Shown: positions 7,934 through 16,475 of the stretch, piece after piece
How positions within the stretch are numbered: position 1 is the stretch's first letter
Layout of the letters: every line of letters starts with the position of its first letter
Source of the DNA: Chrysochromulina tobinii
Taxonomy: Eukaryota
DNA length: 20,000 nt
Direction of reading: 5' to 3'
Assembly (NCBI GenBank): GCA_001275005.1
Contig: JWZX01003318.1
Span: 48,705-68,704 of the forward strand
Made by a program: the position numbers and the translations under genes
The notes under the pieces: generated by a model
The model's input: the letters and a program-made list of their open reading frames with translations, nothing else
Told to the model about the DNA's origin: nothing
Databases searched by the model: none

Positions 7934-8106
7934 AATGGCGCTACACTGTGGCGGCGTCGCTTTTCGCAGCCATGATACTGAGAACGCAAGATACATGTAG
8001 AGGTGGACACTGCGCCGCGCGGGCGGACCAACGGACGCACACATTGACATTCGCTCCATTGTGGGGTCACCTTGATCGACACGTTGTTTGTTTGCCCACA
8101 TCCTCC

Positions 8107-8772
8107 TCAGTAGACAACCGGGCGCTCGGGCGGCCAGATCTCTTCGCTCTGGACCACGACATCGACGGGCGACTCGAAGATATCTAGGAACTCGGCGAGC
8201 GAGGGCAGGCCCTCGAGCTCGTGGAGCTGCGCGAGGCGCTCGTTTGACGGCATGAAGTCAGCAAAGTGCTTCTCCCAGCTCGCAACGAGCTTGGCCGCGG
8301 AGGCGGGCGACGTGCGATCGGCGGTCAACTTTTTGCCAATCTTGAGCATGGCGACGACAGTGTCGGCGATCAGCTTCGGCAAGCCATCCGCGTCAATCTC
8401 GGCGTAATTGCTGCGCACCACGACCGCCTGTGCACTCGACCAGTGAGGAAAGTAGCGTGTGCGCACGTCCTCCTGGCACGCGAGGACGGTCGTGCTGCGA
8501 AGCAGCGAGCAGTGGCGGAGCGCCTGCAGAAACGGCGGGATGTCCGCCGCCGGGCCCTCGATGGTCTGAAACCAACCCTCGGGCAGAAGCACCAGCAGCC
8601 CTGTGACACTGTTGCCGGAAGGCAAGAGCGCCTTCTCGCACCAGCTGCTGAAGCTGGGGGCGGTCGTACCCGCCGCGAGCCGGCCCATGAGGCACACGCG
8701 CGTCATCGTTTGAAGCCCCTTGCCTGAGCTCTCGCGCTGCTCCATCAGCACATCGAGCAGGGTCGCCGGCAT
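8107..8772 (-). CDS. BLUF-like domain protein, TEX47/C7orf62-like (221 aa)
   Basis: VTGLLVLLPEGWFQTIEGP...VLACQEDVRTRYFPHWSS follows the BLUF pattern ITGxLL...FxQxLEG...RxFxxWSM. It is followed by a C-terminal extension ending FLDIFESPVDVVVQSEEIWP. First ATG at 8772. Confidence 0.7.
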   Translation of the reverse strand: MPATLLDVLMEQRESSGKGLQTMTRVCLMGRLAAGTTAPSFSSWCEKALLPSGNSVTGLLVLLPEGWFQTIEGPAADIPPFLQALRHCSLLRSTTVLACQEDVRTRYFPHWSSAQAVVVRSNYAEIDADGLPKLIADTVVAMLKIGKKLTADRTSPASAAKLVASWEKHFADFMPSNERLAQLHELEGLPSLAEFLDIFESPVDVVVQSEEIWPPERPVVY

Positions 8773-9026
8773 CTTTGCGGCTTGACCAACCCCAACGGAC
8801 CGTGCACAGACACAATCACAGCTGTGAACGTTAACACGACACACGCGACGACCGGAGCTACGGCACTGAGAAAGGGTTTCCGTAAACGACCGCCTGTTCA
8901 AAAAAAACAGCCCCACGGGTTGCTGGTTTTGGATGATCCGAAACGACATCCGAAACAAGTCTTGTCCCTCGAAAAAATCGTGTCGATCGTGGCGGTCTAG
9001 GAAAAGGGCGTCGCTGCGCTGGCGCG
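8773..9026. promoter_or_regulatory. Putative bidirectional promoter (254 bp)
   Basis: Short, A-rich, lower-GC gap between two head-to-head genes; inferred from layout only. Confidence 0.45.
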
Positions 9027-10022
9027 ATGTGGGGTGCCAAGATGCAGCAAACAGCTGACAGCACAGGAAATGCTGTCGGCAAGGCGCTAAGCGTGTCAGA
9101 GGTGACGGCTATCGAGTACAACCGCTGGATGGTCGAGGAGGAGCACAAGAAGCTGGCGGAGGAGAGAAAGGATCAGCACAATGTGGAGCGCAGCCTCCGC
9201 AAGGAGCTGCGCGACAAGTATGTTGGGCTCGGCGCGGAGCACTATAGGGAGGACAAGGAGGCGATGAAGTCGGTGTCGGGTGGGTTGGAGTATCATCGCA
9301 AGCAGAACCACGACAAGGGCAGCATCGTCAAGGCGGAGGTCGCCGAGCTTACAAAGAAGATGCACGACCAGCAGACGAGCTGGCAGCAGCACGGCTCGTC
9401 CCTCGCGCAGGAGTTCGGCAGCGATCAGAAGCGTAAAGTCAAAGCGTCCTTGACCGCCACGACGGCCCGCAAGCGCGAAAAGGCGCAGGCCGAGCGCGCC
9501 CTGCTCGGCGACCTTGAGAAGTCGCGCACGGAGCGGCGCAACCAGGCCGTCGATAACCGGCGGGAGCTGCGCGAGCTTATCCAGGGGCAGACTTCGGACG
9601 CAGTGACGCAGGAAGCGAAGAACCTTTTCTTTGAGCAGCGCAAGGTCATCGGCGACGACACGCGCTCGGCGATGAAGAAGTGGAAGGAGGAGCGTTCCAA
9701 GCAACAGGAGAAGAAGACGAGCAAGGCGCTCGAGGCGCGTGCGGCGGCCAAGGCGGCCCAGCAGGCAGCCAAGGAGTCGATCGAGACTGTGCGTGCGCAG
9801 CGCTCGCAGTCAGCCAAGGAGATGCGCGAGCGCAAGGCCTTCGTCGAGGGCAGCGGCGCCAAGGGCAAGGCCGAGACGAAGCACAACAACAAGGTAGTGC
9901 ACGACATGATGAAGAGCCAAATGTTCGTCAATCCCATTCTCGCTGAGGATATGAAGGCGAAGGCGGGCAAACGCTATGCGGAGCTCACGCGCTCTGCCCC
10001 CGCCACCGGCTCGGCCGAGTGA
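9027..10022 (+). CDS. Charged all-helical coiled-coil protein (331 aa), unknown function
   Basis: Long ORF with strong GC3 bias, rich in E/K/R/Q/A, with prolines only at the extreme C-terminus. Confidence 0.85.
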   Translation: MWGAKMQQTADSTGNAVGKALSVSEVTAIEYNRWMVEEEHKKLAEERKDQHNVERSLRKELRDKYVGLGAEHYREDKEAMKSVSGGLEYHRKQNHDKGSIVKAEVAELTKKMHDQQTSWQQHGSSLAQEFGSDQKRKVKASLTATTARKREKAQAERALLGDLEKSRTERRNQAVDNRRELRELIQGQTSDAVTQEAKNLFFEQRKVIGDDTRSAMKKWKEERSKQQEKKTSKALEARAAAKAAQQAAKESIETVRAQRSQSAKEMRERKAFVEGSGAKGKAETKHNNKVVHDMMKSQMFVNPILAEDMKAKAGKRYAELTRSAPATGSAE

Positions 10023-10856
10023 GCCGCCGCCGCCGCCGCTGTGTGCCTGATGGCAGACGGATGCCGCTCCGAGCAGCGACGTGAGTTGCTCTAGCGCTCA
10101 GTGGTCCTCAGGCGCTGCTGTGCAACAGGCGCCGCGTCGAGTCCAGGGTGCTCGCATCTGAAGGGGGAGTGGAGGGGGTTGGAGTGCGCGTGGCTCGAGC
10201 GATGACTACTACGTGCGGCGCCGATCTCATGTGTCTCATGTTCATGACAGTGTATCTAGTACGGTGCAGTGTATGCACGCGCGGCCCGCGTGCCTATCGA
10301 ACTAGGTGGACGTAAGTGTTAAACAGATGTGTGCGTGTGGTATGTGTTGTGGCTGTTGCTATGCTTTCTGCATGCCTTTTCTTACCACCACGAACGTCAA
10401 GAACCGTGTCCCCGGCCTTATACCGTACCGGCGCGGCCTTACACCCGGCCCCGCCGCGCCCGCGGGGGCGGAACCGGGCGGCCCCCCCGGCACCGCGCGG
10501 CGTCACGTCACCCGACCGCTGTCGTACTCGCCGTGCGCGGCTGTGCACTCCACTAACACTCCACTGTGCTCACCGAGGACCGCCGTAACGCGTACATGTA
10601 AGCGAGAGCACACCACTCAGCGCACACCCTGACACTCCACCGCCACGCACCAGAGGGGTGATACAGTGCCGCAGGCCCGCAGCCGGCACACCGCACCTGC
10701 AACTATGCAGCAGTGGTACGTGGTACCTGCAAGAGTACACGAGGAGCCAGAGCTCTGTTCAGGGGCTCAGGCCTCTCACACCAAGCTCTCGGGACACGCG
10801 GCCTGTCTCTCAAGATGAGCACTCGCTGGCGGCAGCGAGTCGCCTGTGCGAGCCCA

Positions 10857-13580
10857 TCACAGGCCCCGAGTTGAGGCAAGTCGACCGAGGGGCTCTGGCA
10901 AGAGTCCAGAATTGTACGACTGTGCACCCGTGAGCAACTCCTTTTGTCGTTTCCGAGGCCAGAAATTGCCGTCGCCGGGCATGAGAGCCATCGCGCAGGG
11001 GATGATGACCTTGGTCGTGACGAAACAATCGAGCAGCACGCCCATGCACAGCATGTATCCAATCTGGTTGAGCGTTGGGGAATTGCCGAGCACAAGCGCG
11101 CCAAAGGCGACGAACATGATGAGGCCCGCCACGCAGATGATGTTGCCCGTCTGCTCGAGGCCCTTGACTACGGCCGTCTTGCTGTCATGCCCCTCATCGT
11201 AGAACTCGGCGACCGACTCCATGAAGAAGATGTCGTAGTCGAGGCCCAGGCCGACGACGATCGAGAAGGCGATGCACGGCGACATCCAGAAGAGGCCGCC
11301 GCTCACTGGCTGCAGACTTCCCCAGCCCAAGCCATCGAGCCAGCCGTCCTGGTAGATGCCGACCGCAGAGCCGAACGTGACGACGAGCATCCAGATGAGG
11401 CAGAGCACAGCACGTAACGGCATGAAGACCGATTTGAACGCGAAGAGGAGCATGATGCACACGATGACGAGCGTCGCTCCTATGACACGCGGGAGCGAGT
11501 TGAATGTGTCCGTCGCTGCATCCATTTGCGAGAGTGGCGTACTCGTGAAGTAGATGGATCCGATCTGGACGCCGTTGAACTCGCCATTTAGGTTGTTGAG
11601 CTGGTCGCGCAGCGCACGAAGCCACGGCTGCCCCGTGCTCGTCGAGAAGGGGTCGAGGAGCGTCGAGACCGAAATTTTGGTCGCAGTGTGTGCCGAGTTA
11701 TCGAAGACCCCCTGCAGCGCACCGAGTGCCTGTGCCATCTGCTCAGGCGGGATGGGGATTGGGGGCCCCTGACCCCCGAGCAGCTCTGCGACGCAGTAGC
11801 CTCCGAGAATCATGACGCCCTCGAAGTCAGAGGCCGACATCGTGCACGGATTCCCGTGGACGCTGCATCCTTCGGAAGCCAGCTGCACGGTCACCTGAGC
11901 CGCCACCTCCTGAAGAGCGAGGCAGGTTGCGTTGAGCCACTGCATGTCCGACGTCGAGGTGTTGCTCGGCGGAGTGATGACGAGCTGCTCGGGGAAGATG
12001 CTCGAGACTCCGAAGGCGTTCAGCAGATTGGTGAACGACAGAGTCGTGTAGTCGCCCCGCGGCATGGTCGGCAGCACGCCTTCGACGTAGTTCATTTGAC
12101 GCAGGGGAAACGCAAACGGGACGCCGATGGCGACGCACGCGACGAGCAGGACGACGGCGAACAGCGGCGCCTGCGAGACACTGCCGAGACGCGGCCATAG
12201 CCCCCTAGGGCCCAAGTCGGCCTTCGGCAGGGCCTCCGCCCCCAGCAGCGACTCCGACGAGGCCAGAATGTGACTCTGCCGAGCAGCCGGCGCATCGTTC
12301 GAGCAGCAACAGCCGTTGTCGAAGTTGAGGCCGAAGCGCCGGTTGGCGGTGAAGAAGCGAGGGCAGGTCAGCAGTAGCGTGGGCGTGAGGAGGAGGGAGA
12401 AGAAGATGGCGAACATCACCGTGAGCGCCGCCGCGATGCCCATCGATCGGATCGAGGAGACTGGGATGAGCAGCATGCCGAGGAAGCAGAGGCAGAGCGT
12501 GCTGCCGGACACGAGGACGGTATGCCCGGAGGTTTCGAGGGTCAGCTGGAGGGCACGGTTGAAGTCGCGACGCTGGACGTGCACCTCGACGTTGAAGCGG
12601 GTGAGAAGGAAGAGCGAGTAATCGATCGACATGGCGAGGCCCACCGCCACCATCAGGGCCGGAGCCTGTGAGGACACTTGCATGTTGGCCGCGATCGGAT
12701 CCATGATGACGACGGACGCCAGGATGCAGCCGAAGATGTTGGCGAGTGTCAAGAGGAGCTGCCGCACGTTCCTGAGCATGATGCCCAGGAGGGCGAGGGC
12801 GATGGGCGCCGTCATGGTCGACAGCTTCATCGTCTCATCCACGCCTTGCAACGAGGCGGTGACTATGTCAGGAAACGAGATCACTGAGAACTGGAGGCCA
12901 CTTGAGGTGCTGCCGGAGGCCGCGTTCGCGTCGTTCGCATAATTCCGAAAGGCCGTCGAAACGGCCGCAATCGGATCGCACCAACTATCCCCCGCGGACA
13001 CGCAGTTTTCTTGCACAACTTGTCCATCGCAGGAGGTGACAGCAATCGAGTAAATCGTGCTGCTCGCGTTGACGCAATCTCCGCTACCCGTGTCGTCGCT
13101 GCACACATCAAACAGCTGCCTCTCGAGCACTGCGCCTACCACACTGGCAACACGGGGACCGTCGGACCCTTGTTGCCAAAACGACGTGAAGGTGTACACG
13201 CACGACGCGTTCAGTTGCTCCGCCGCGATAGCTTCCAGAGCAGCGGAAGCGTTGGAGGCAGCTGCAGTAAGGTATGTGGTTCCATAGGGGGCAAAGGGCG
13301 AGCCAACACGCGTGGTGTTGATGATCGGCGTGCCATCGAGTGAGGTCGCCATGATGGTCAATGTCAACGGACTCTGCCCAAAGTAGTCTGAGTAAATGTT
13401 TGCCGCCACGGCACTTTGCGAGCCGGCGGGCGCTGAGGATCCTGTGACAAGGTTGTCGTGGAATGGACGGTAGCGCCTTAGGCCGTCAATTATGAAGAAC
13501 AGCCAAATCAGGATGACGACGGCTCGCACCCACGCGCGCGACAGCAGGGTGTCGACGAGGAATGCGGGCGCCCCACCCAT
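10857..13580 (-). CDS. MMPL/RND-superfamily transporter (YdfJ/MmpL3-like), 907 aa, intronless
   Basis: Two halves, each with 1 TM + large loop + 5 TM. Signature motifs GLAMSIDYSLFLLTRF, SGHTVLVSG, FKSVFMPLRAVL, GLGLDYDIFF and TGNIICVAGLIMFVAFG, ending GDGNFWP. Confidence 0.92.
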   Translation of the reverse strand: MGGAPAFLVDTLLSRAWVRAVVILIWLFFIIDGLRRYRPFHDNLVTGSSAPAGSQSAVAANIYSDYFGQSPLTLTIMATSLDGTPIINTTRVGSPFAPYGTTYLTAAASNASAALEAIAAEQLNASCVYTFTSFWQQGSDGPRVASVVGAVLERQLFDVCSDDTGSGDCVNASSTIYSIAVTSCDGQVVQENCVSAGDSWCDPIAAVSTAFRNYANDANAASGSTSSGLQFSVISFPDIVTASLQGVDETMKLSTMTAPIALALLGIMLRNVRQLLLTLANIFGCILASVVIMDPIAANMQVSSQAPALMVAVGLAMSIDYSLFLLTRFNVEVHVQRRDFNRALQLTLETSGHTVLVSGSTLCLCFLGMLLIPVSSIRSMGIAAALTVMFAIFFSLLLTPTLLLTCPRFFTANRRFGLNFDNGCCCSNDAPAARQSHILASSESLLGAEALPKADLGPRGLWPRLGSVSQAPLFAVVLLVACVAIGVPFAFPLRQMNYVEGVLPTMPRGDYTTLSFTNLLNAFGVSSIFPEQLVITPPSNTSTSDMQWLNATCLALQEVAAQVTVQLASEGCSVHGNPCTMSASDFEGVMILGGYCVAELLGGQGPPIPIPPEQMAQALGALQGVFDNSAHTATKISVSTLLDPFSTSTGQPWLRALRDQLNNLNGEFNGVQIGSIYFTSTPLSQMDAATDTFNSLPRVIGATLVIVCIMLLFAFKSVFMPLRAVLCLIWMLVVTFGSAVGIYQDGWLDGLGWGSLQPVSGGLFWMSPCIAFSIVVGLGLDYDIFFMESVAEFYDEGHDSKTAVVKGLEQTGNIICVAGLIMFVAFGALVLGNSPTLNQIGYMLCMGVLLDCFVTTKVIIPCAMALMPGDGNFWPRKRQKELLTGAQSYNSGLLPEPLGRLASTRGL

Positions 13581-13875
13581 CCTTGGGGGGCGTCTGAAGT
13601 CCCGAGGGGTCAGCAGTGCCGAGGAGTGTCAGCTGTGTCACGGCTGGGGCGTGGCCACACAAGACCGTATGGAGCGGGCGACAGTCTTGAAGTATCGGGA
13701 GGTCCGATGCCTGTATTCGATAGGCGAGCTGACCATTTCTCAGAGGGGGGCAGTCGGAAAGACGCCTATGCTGATGCTCCGGAAAGCCGTACATTACAGA
13801 CAGCACGACGCAGACACCGCCGCCCTCTCCACTGAGATACATGTACTCTGATGCACTCAGGCAGACCAGAGGGGC

Positions 13876-14688
13876 TCAGCCGACGAGGCCGTCGTCGATG
13901 GAGCTTGCGCCGCCAAAGATGGCCATCTGAGCGGCGATGCTTCTGGGTCGCGGGGGCACCGCGCTCGCAGCCAACACGGATGACGCTACGACCGAGGGCG
14001 CGGCAACGGCGGGCGCGACGACAGAGAGCGCAGGCGCAGGAGCTGTGATCGCGGCCACGTCGGCATCCGCGTCGTCGTCGTCCTCGTCCTCGTCATCGAG
14101 CGCTGCGTCGAGGTACGCATCCAGATCTGCCTGCGTCGCGGCGGTGAGTCCTGCAGCAAGAGGCGGTCCCTCGGGGCACGCCTGGACCTCCGCCACCGCC
14201 GCGGTCCGCCGGTTGGCGAGGCTGCTTGCTCGAGCTCCAAGCGGATGCGACGGCGCATCCCGTGCAATCTGCGGCGGGCACGCCGAAGCCGGGACCGTCG
14301 GTCGCGCCTCCGGGTGCTCGCTCTCCCACTGGTGCAGCTTGCGGCGCCACTCTTTCACGCGCCCATCAAACTGGCGCTTCGAGTCCGGCTCCGTAATGTC
14401 GGGCGTGCGAGGGTCTCCACGCTGCCGGTTGTGGCGCTTCACATCGCGAGCGTACCGCTCATAGGCCAACGTGTTTTTGCCTAGGTCGATCTGCTTCTGC
14501 CGCTGCTGCAGCTTGTGCGGGTCGGTGATCTTCTCGACCAGCGCAGCGGTGCCGACGGTGCCCGCATCATCTTCGGTGTCGTGGCGTGCGCGCTTGCCGT
14601 CCGATGGGGCCGGAGGCAGCTCCGCCGGTCGCTTGATTGTCGCTGCGCGCTGGGCGGCGCGGAAGGTTTCAGCGGCGGACGAACTCAT
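13876..14688 (-). CDS. SLBP: Histone mRNA stem-loop binding protein
   Basis: ITDPHKLQQRQKQIDLGKNTLAYERY...DPRTPD...SKRQFDGRVKEWRRKLHQWE is the SLBP RNA-binding domain (RQKQIxxGKNT, PxTP, SxRxxDxxxxxWRxxLH). An acidic stretch follows. Confidence 0.93.
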   Translation of the reverse strand: MSSSAAETFRAAQRAATIKRPAELPPAPSDGKRARHDTEDDAGTVGTAALVEKITDPHKLQQRQKQIDLGKNTLAYERYARDVKRHNRQRGDPRTPDITEPDSKRQFDGRVKEWRRKLHQWESEHPEARPTVPASACPPQIARDAPSHPLGARASSLANRRTAAVAEVQACPEGPPLAAGLTAATQADLDAYLDAALDDEDEDDDDADADVAAITAPAPALSVVAPAVAAPSVVASSVLAASAVPPRPRSIAAQMAIFGGASSIDDGLVG

Positions 14689-14921
14689 ATTTGCCGCCAG
14701 TTCTGATCTTTTCGTAGTTCATACGTGTGGGAGTTCAAGTGCGTAAAGTTGGGGGGGGGTAGACACACTAAAATGTACATGAACTTAAAGGTGATCCATG
14801 AAGTAAACGATTCACACGTCGTGGGCGGCGCAATGGCAGCGCCGTCGGAATTGAGGCGTCGGTCGGCGACGGACTTCCTTCGGCGCTGGCTTGCTCGGCG
14901 TCTGGCGGCTGGGGCGTCTGG
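14689..14921. promoter_or_regulatory. Putative bidirectional promoter (233 bp)
   Basis: Gap between the divergent SLBP and 14922 ORFs, with an AT-richer core at ~14700-14820 and a G9 run. Confidence 0.4.
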
Positions 14922-16475
14922 ATGACGTTTGTACGCATCCTTTGCGGTCCACCGTGCTCTCGCAAGGCGCACGCTGAGCAGGGCTTCGGCGCGGCCGCCA
15001 CGCTCGACTGCAGCCGCGACACACGCACAGCAGTCATCAAACGCGTTCTAGCCCGGCTGAAGTCGAGCTCCGGCCAGTCCACCCTGGTGGACCAGCCGCA
15101 TTCGGCGGCAACGCTGAGGCCACAACTGGAACTGAATCAGATGGATGTGGAACTGGTGGACTGCATGCCGGAGGGTGGCCTTTTGCAGTGCGTGTGGGCA
15201 AACGAGTTTGCATTGGCCGACGCTGCCGAGATGTCCAAGAGCTACTTGCCCCTCGCATTCACGGAGGCGGCAGCGGCGCGAGTCTACCCGTTGCACTGGC
15301 GGCGTGCACTCGCGCCTTGGTTCCAGAGCGGGAGCGCCGCCACCGCGGCGGCCGAGGTGGAACTCGCGCACGGCGCCGATGCGGGGCGGCAGCCTCTGTC
15401 CCCGCTGCTGCACGGCTCATTCGGGACGGTAGGCCTCGTCATCGACGGCGACTGCCTCTTCGTACCTTCAGTGGGGCGTGCCGAACGGCCGGAGCCGCTC
15501 GTGCCGACCCCCACAGCTGCGGAGGCGCTCCGTACCTGGCTCCGCGAACACAGCTCCGCGAGCTCCAGCACGAGCGGCGGCGCTGGCTCGAGAGGCAGTG
15601 GCGCGAGCGGCACGGGGCGCGTCATCGTGCTCATGACTCCCGCGCGGCTCTTCCCAGGGTACGGGCCCTCGGCCGCAGCCTCTGCCGCTGAGACCGAGCG
15701 TGCATGGGCGTCGCATGCGGAACAGCTCGAGACATGCGTCGTGGAGGGTATGCGCACCCTTGCCACTCTCGTGCGGCGTGAGGGCGGCACGCTGTACTAT
15801 TGTTGGCAAGCGCCGTGCGCACCGCCGCCGTCTTCGGTGGCCGCCGGTGGCGAGGACGTTGTCAGCTATGAGCCTTTCGATGAGTCGATGGCCTGGCTCG
15901 CAACGGCGCCGCCGCCGCCGCCGTCGCCATTCCAGCAGCTGACACCGCAGCACCAGAAGCACCAGCAGCACCAGCAGCCTCTCGCGCGCGTCGTGCGCGA
16001 GGACGGCAGGGTCGTCGCCTCGCTGTTTGCGTGGGCTGTGCGTCGCCACCGTCTCACTCTCGATCGCCTCACGTACGTGCACGGCGACGCCGCCACCGCC
16101 GATGCCCTCGCATGCCACGCCGGCGTGCATCGGCTACTCGGTGACGAATTTCTGCGGCTCGGTGGCTCGCTACCGCCCGCGACGGCGCCCGGCCCGATCC
16201 CGTCCTTTCTGCTCCCCTTCACGAGCGCGGGCGCCATCGTGAGCGCGGGCGGGCGTGCAGCGTGTGTATGCAGCGGCGGCGGTGCGGGCGGCGGGGGCAG
16301 CGGCGGAGGCAGCGGCGGAGGCAGCGGCGGTGGCAGCGGCGGTGGCAGCGGCGGTGCGGCGGTCAGCGTTGGTGCCGGCGGCGCGCGTCGCGACCCGCGC
16401 CGCCAGCATGTTGCCGTTGGTTCTCGACGGCAGCATGCACTCGTGCGATGGCGCTCACGATGGCGCTCTCGTTGA
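14922..16475 (+). CDS. Protein with degenerate P-loop-kinase-like and HAD-like motifs (PNKP-like layout); probably joined to the downstream SWIM ORF
   Basis: N-terminal VRILCGPPCSRKA resembles Walker A. GLVIDGDCL, RVIVLMT, LYYC and RHRLTLDRLTYVHGDAATADALACHAGV follow HAD-IIIA motif order. The C-terminal ~60 aa look out of frame. Confidence 0.55.
   Translation: MTFVRILCGPPCSRKAHAEQGFGAAATLDCSRDTRTAVIKRVLARLKSSSGQSTLVDQPHSAATLRPQLELNQMDVELVDCMPEGGLLQCVWANEFALADAAEMSKSYLPLAFTEAAAARVYPLHWRRALAPWFQSGSAATAAAEVELAHGADAGRQPLSPLLHGSFGTVGLVIDGDCLFVPSVGRAERPEPLVPTPTAAEALRTWLREHSSASSSTSGGAGSRGSGASGTGRVIVLMTPARLFPGYGPSAAASAAETERAWASHAEQLETCVVEGMRTLATLVRREGGTLYYCWQAPCAPPPSSVAAGGEDVVSYEPFDESMAWLATAPPPPPSPFQQLTPQHQKHQQHQQPLARVVREDGRVVASLFAWAVRRHRLTLDRLTYVHGDAATADALACHAGVHRLLGDEFLRLGGSLPPATAPGPIPSFLLPFTSAGAIVSAGGRAACVCSGGGAGGGGSGGGSGGGSGGGSGGGSGGAAVSVGAGGARRDPRRQHVAVGSRRQHALVRWRSRWRSR

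Noticed and set aside
14832..14925. uORF whose TGA overlaps the 14922 ATG (ATGA), like bacterial translational coupling
   Set aside because: Short ORFs of this kind are expected by chance in GC-rich DNA and the transcript start is unknown.
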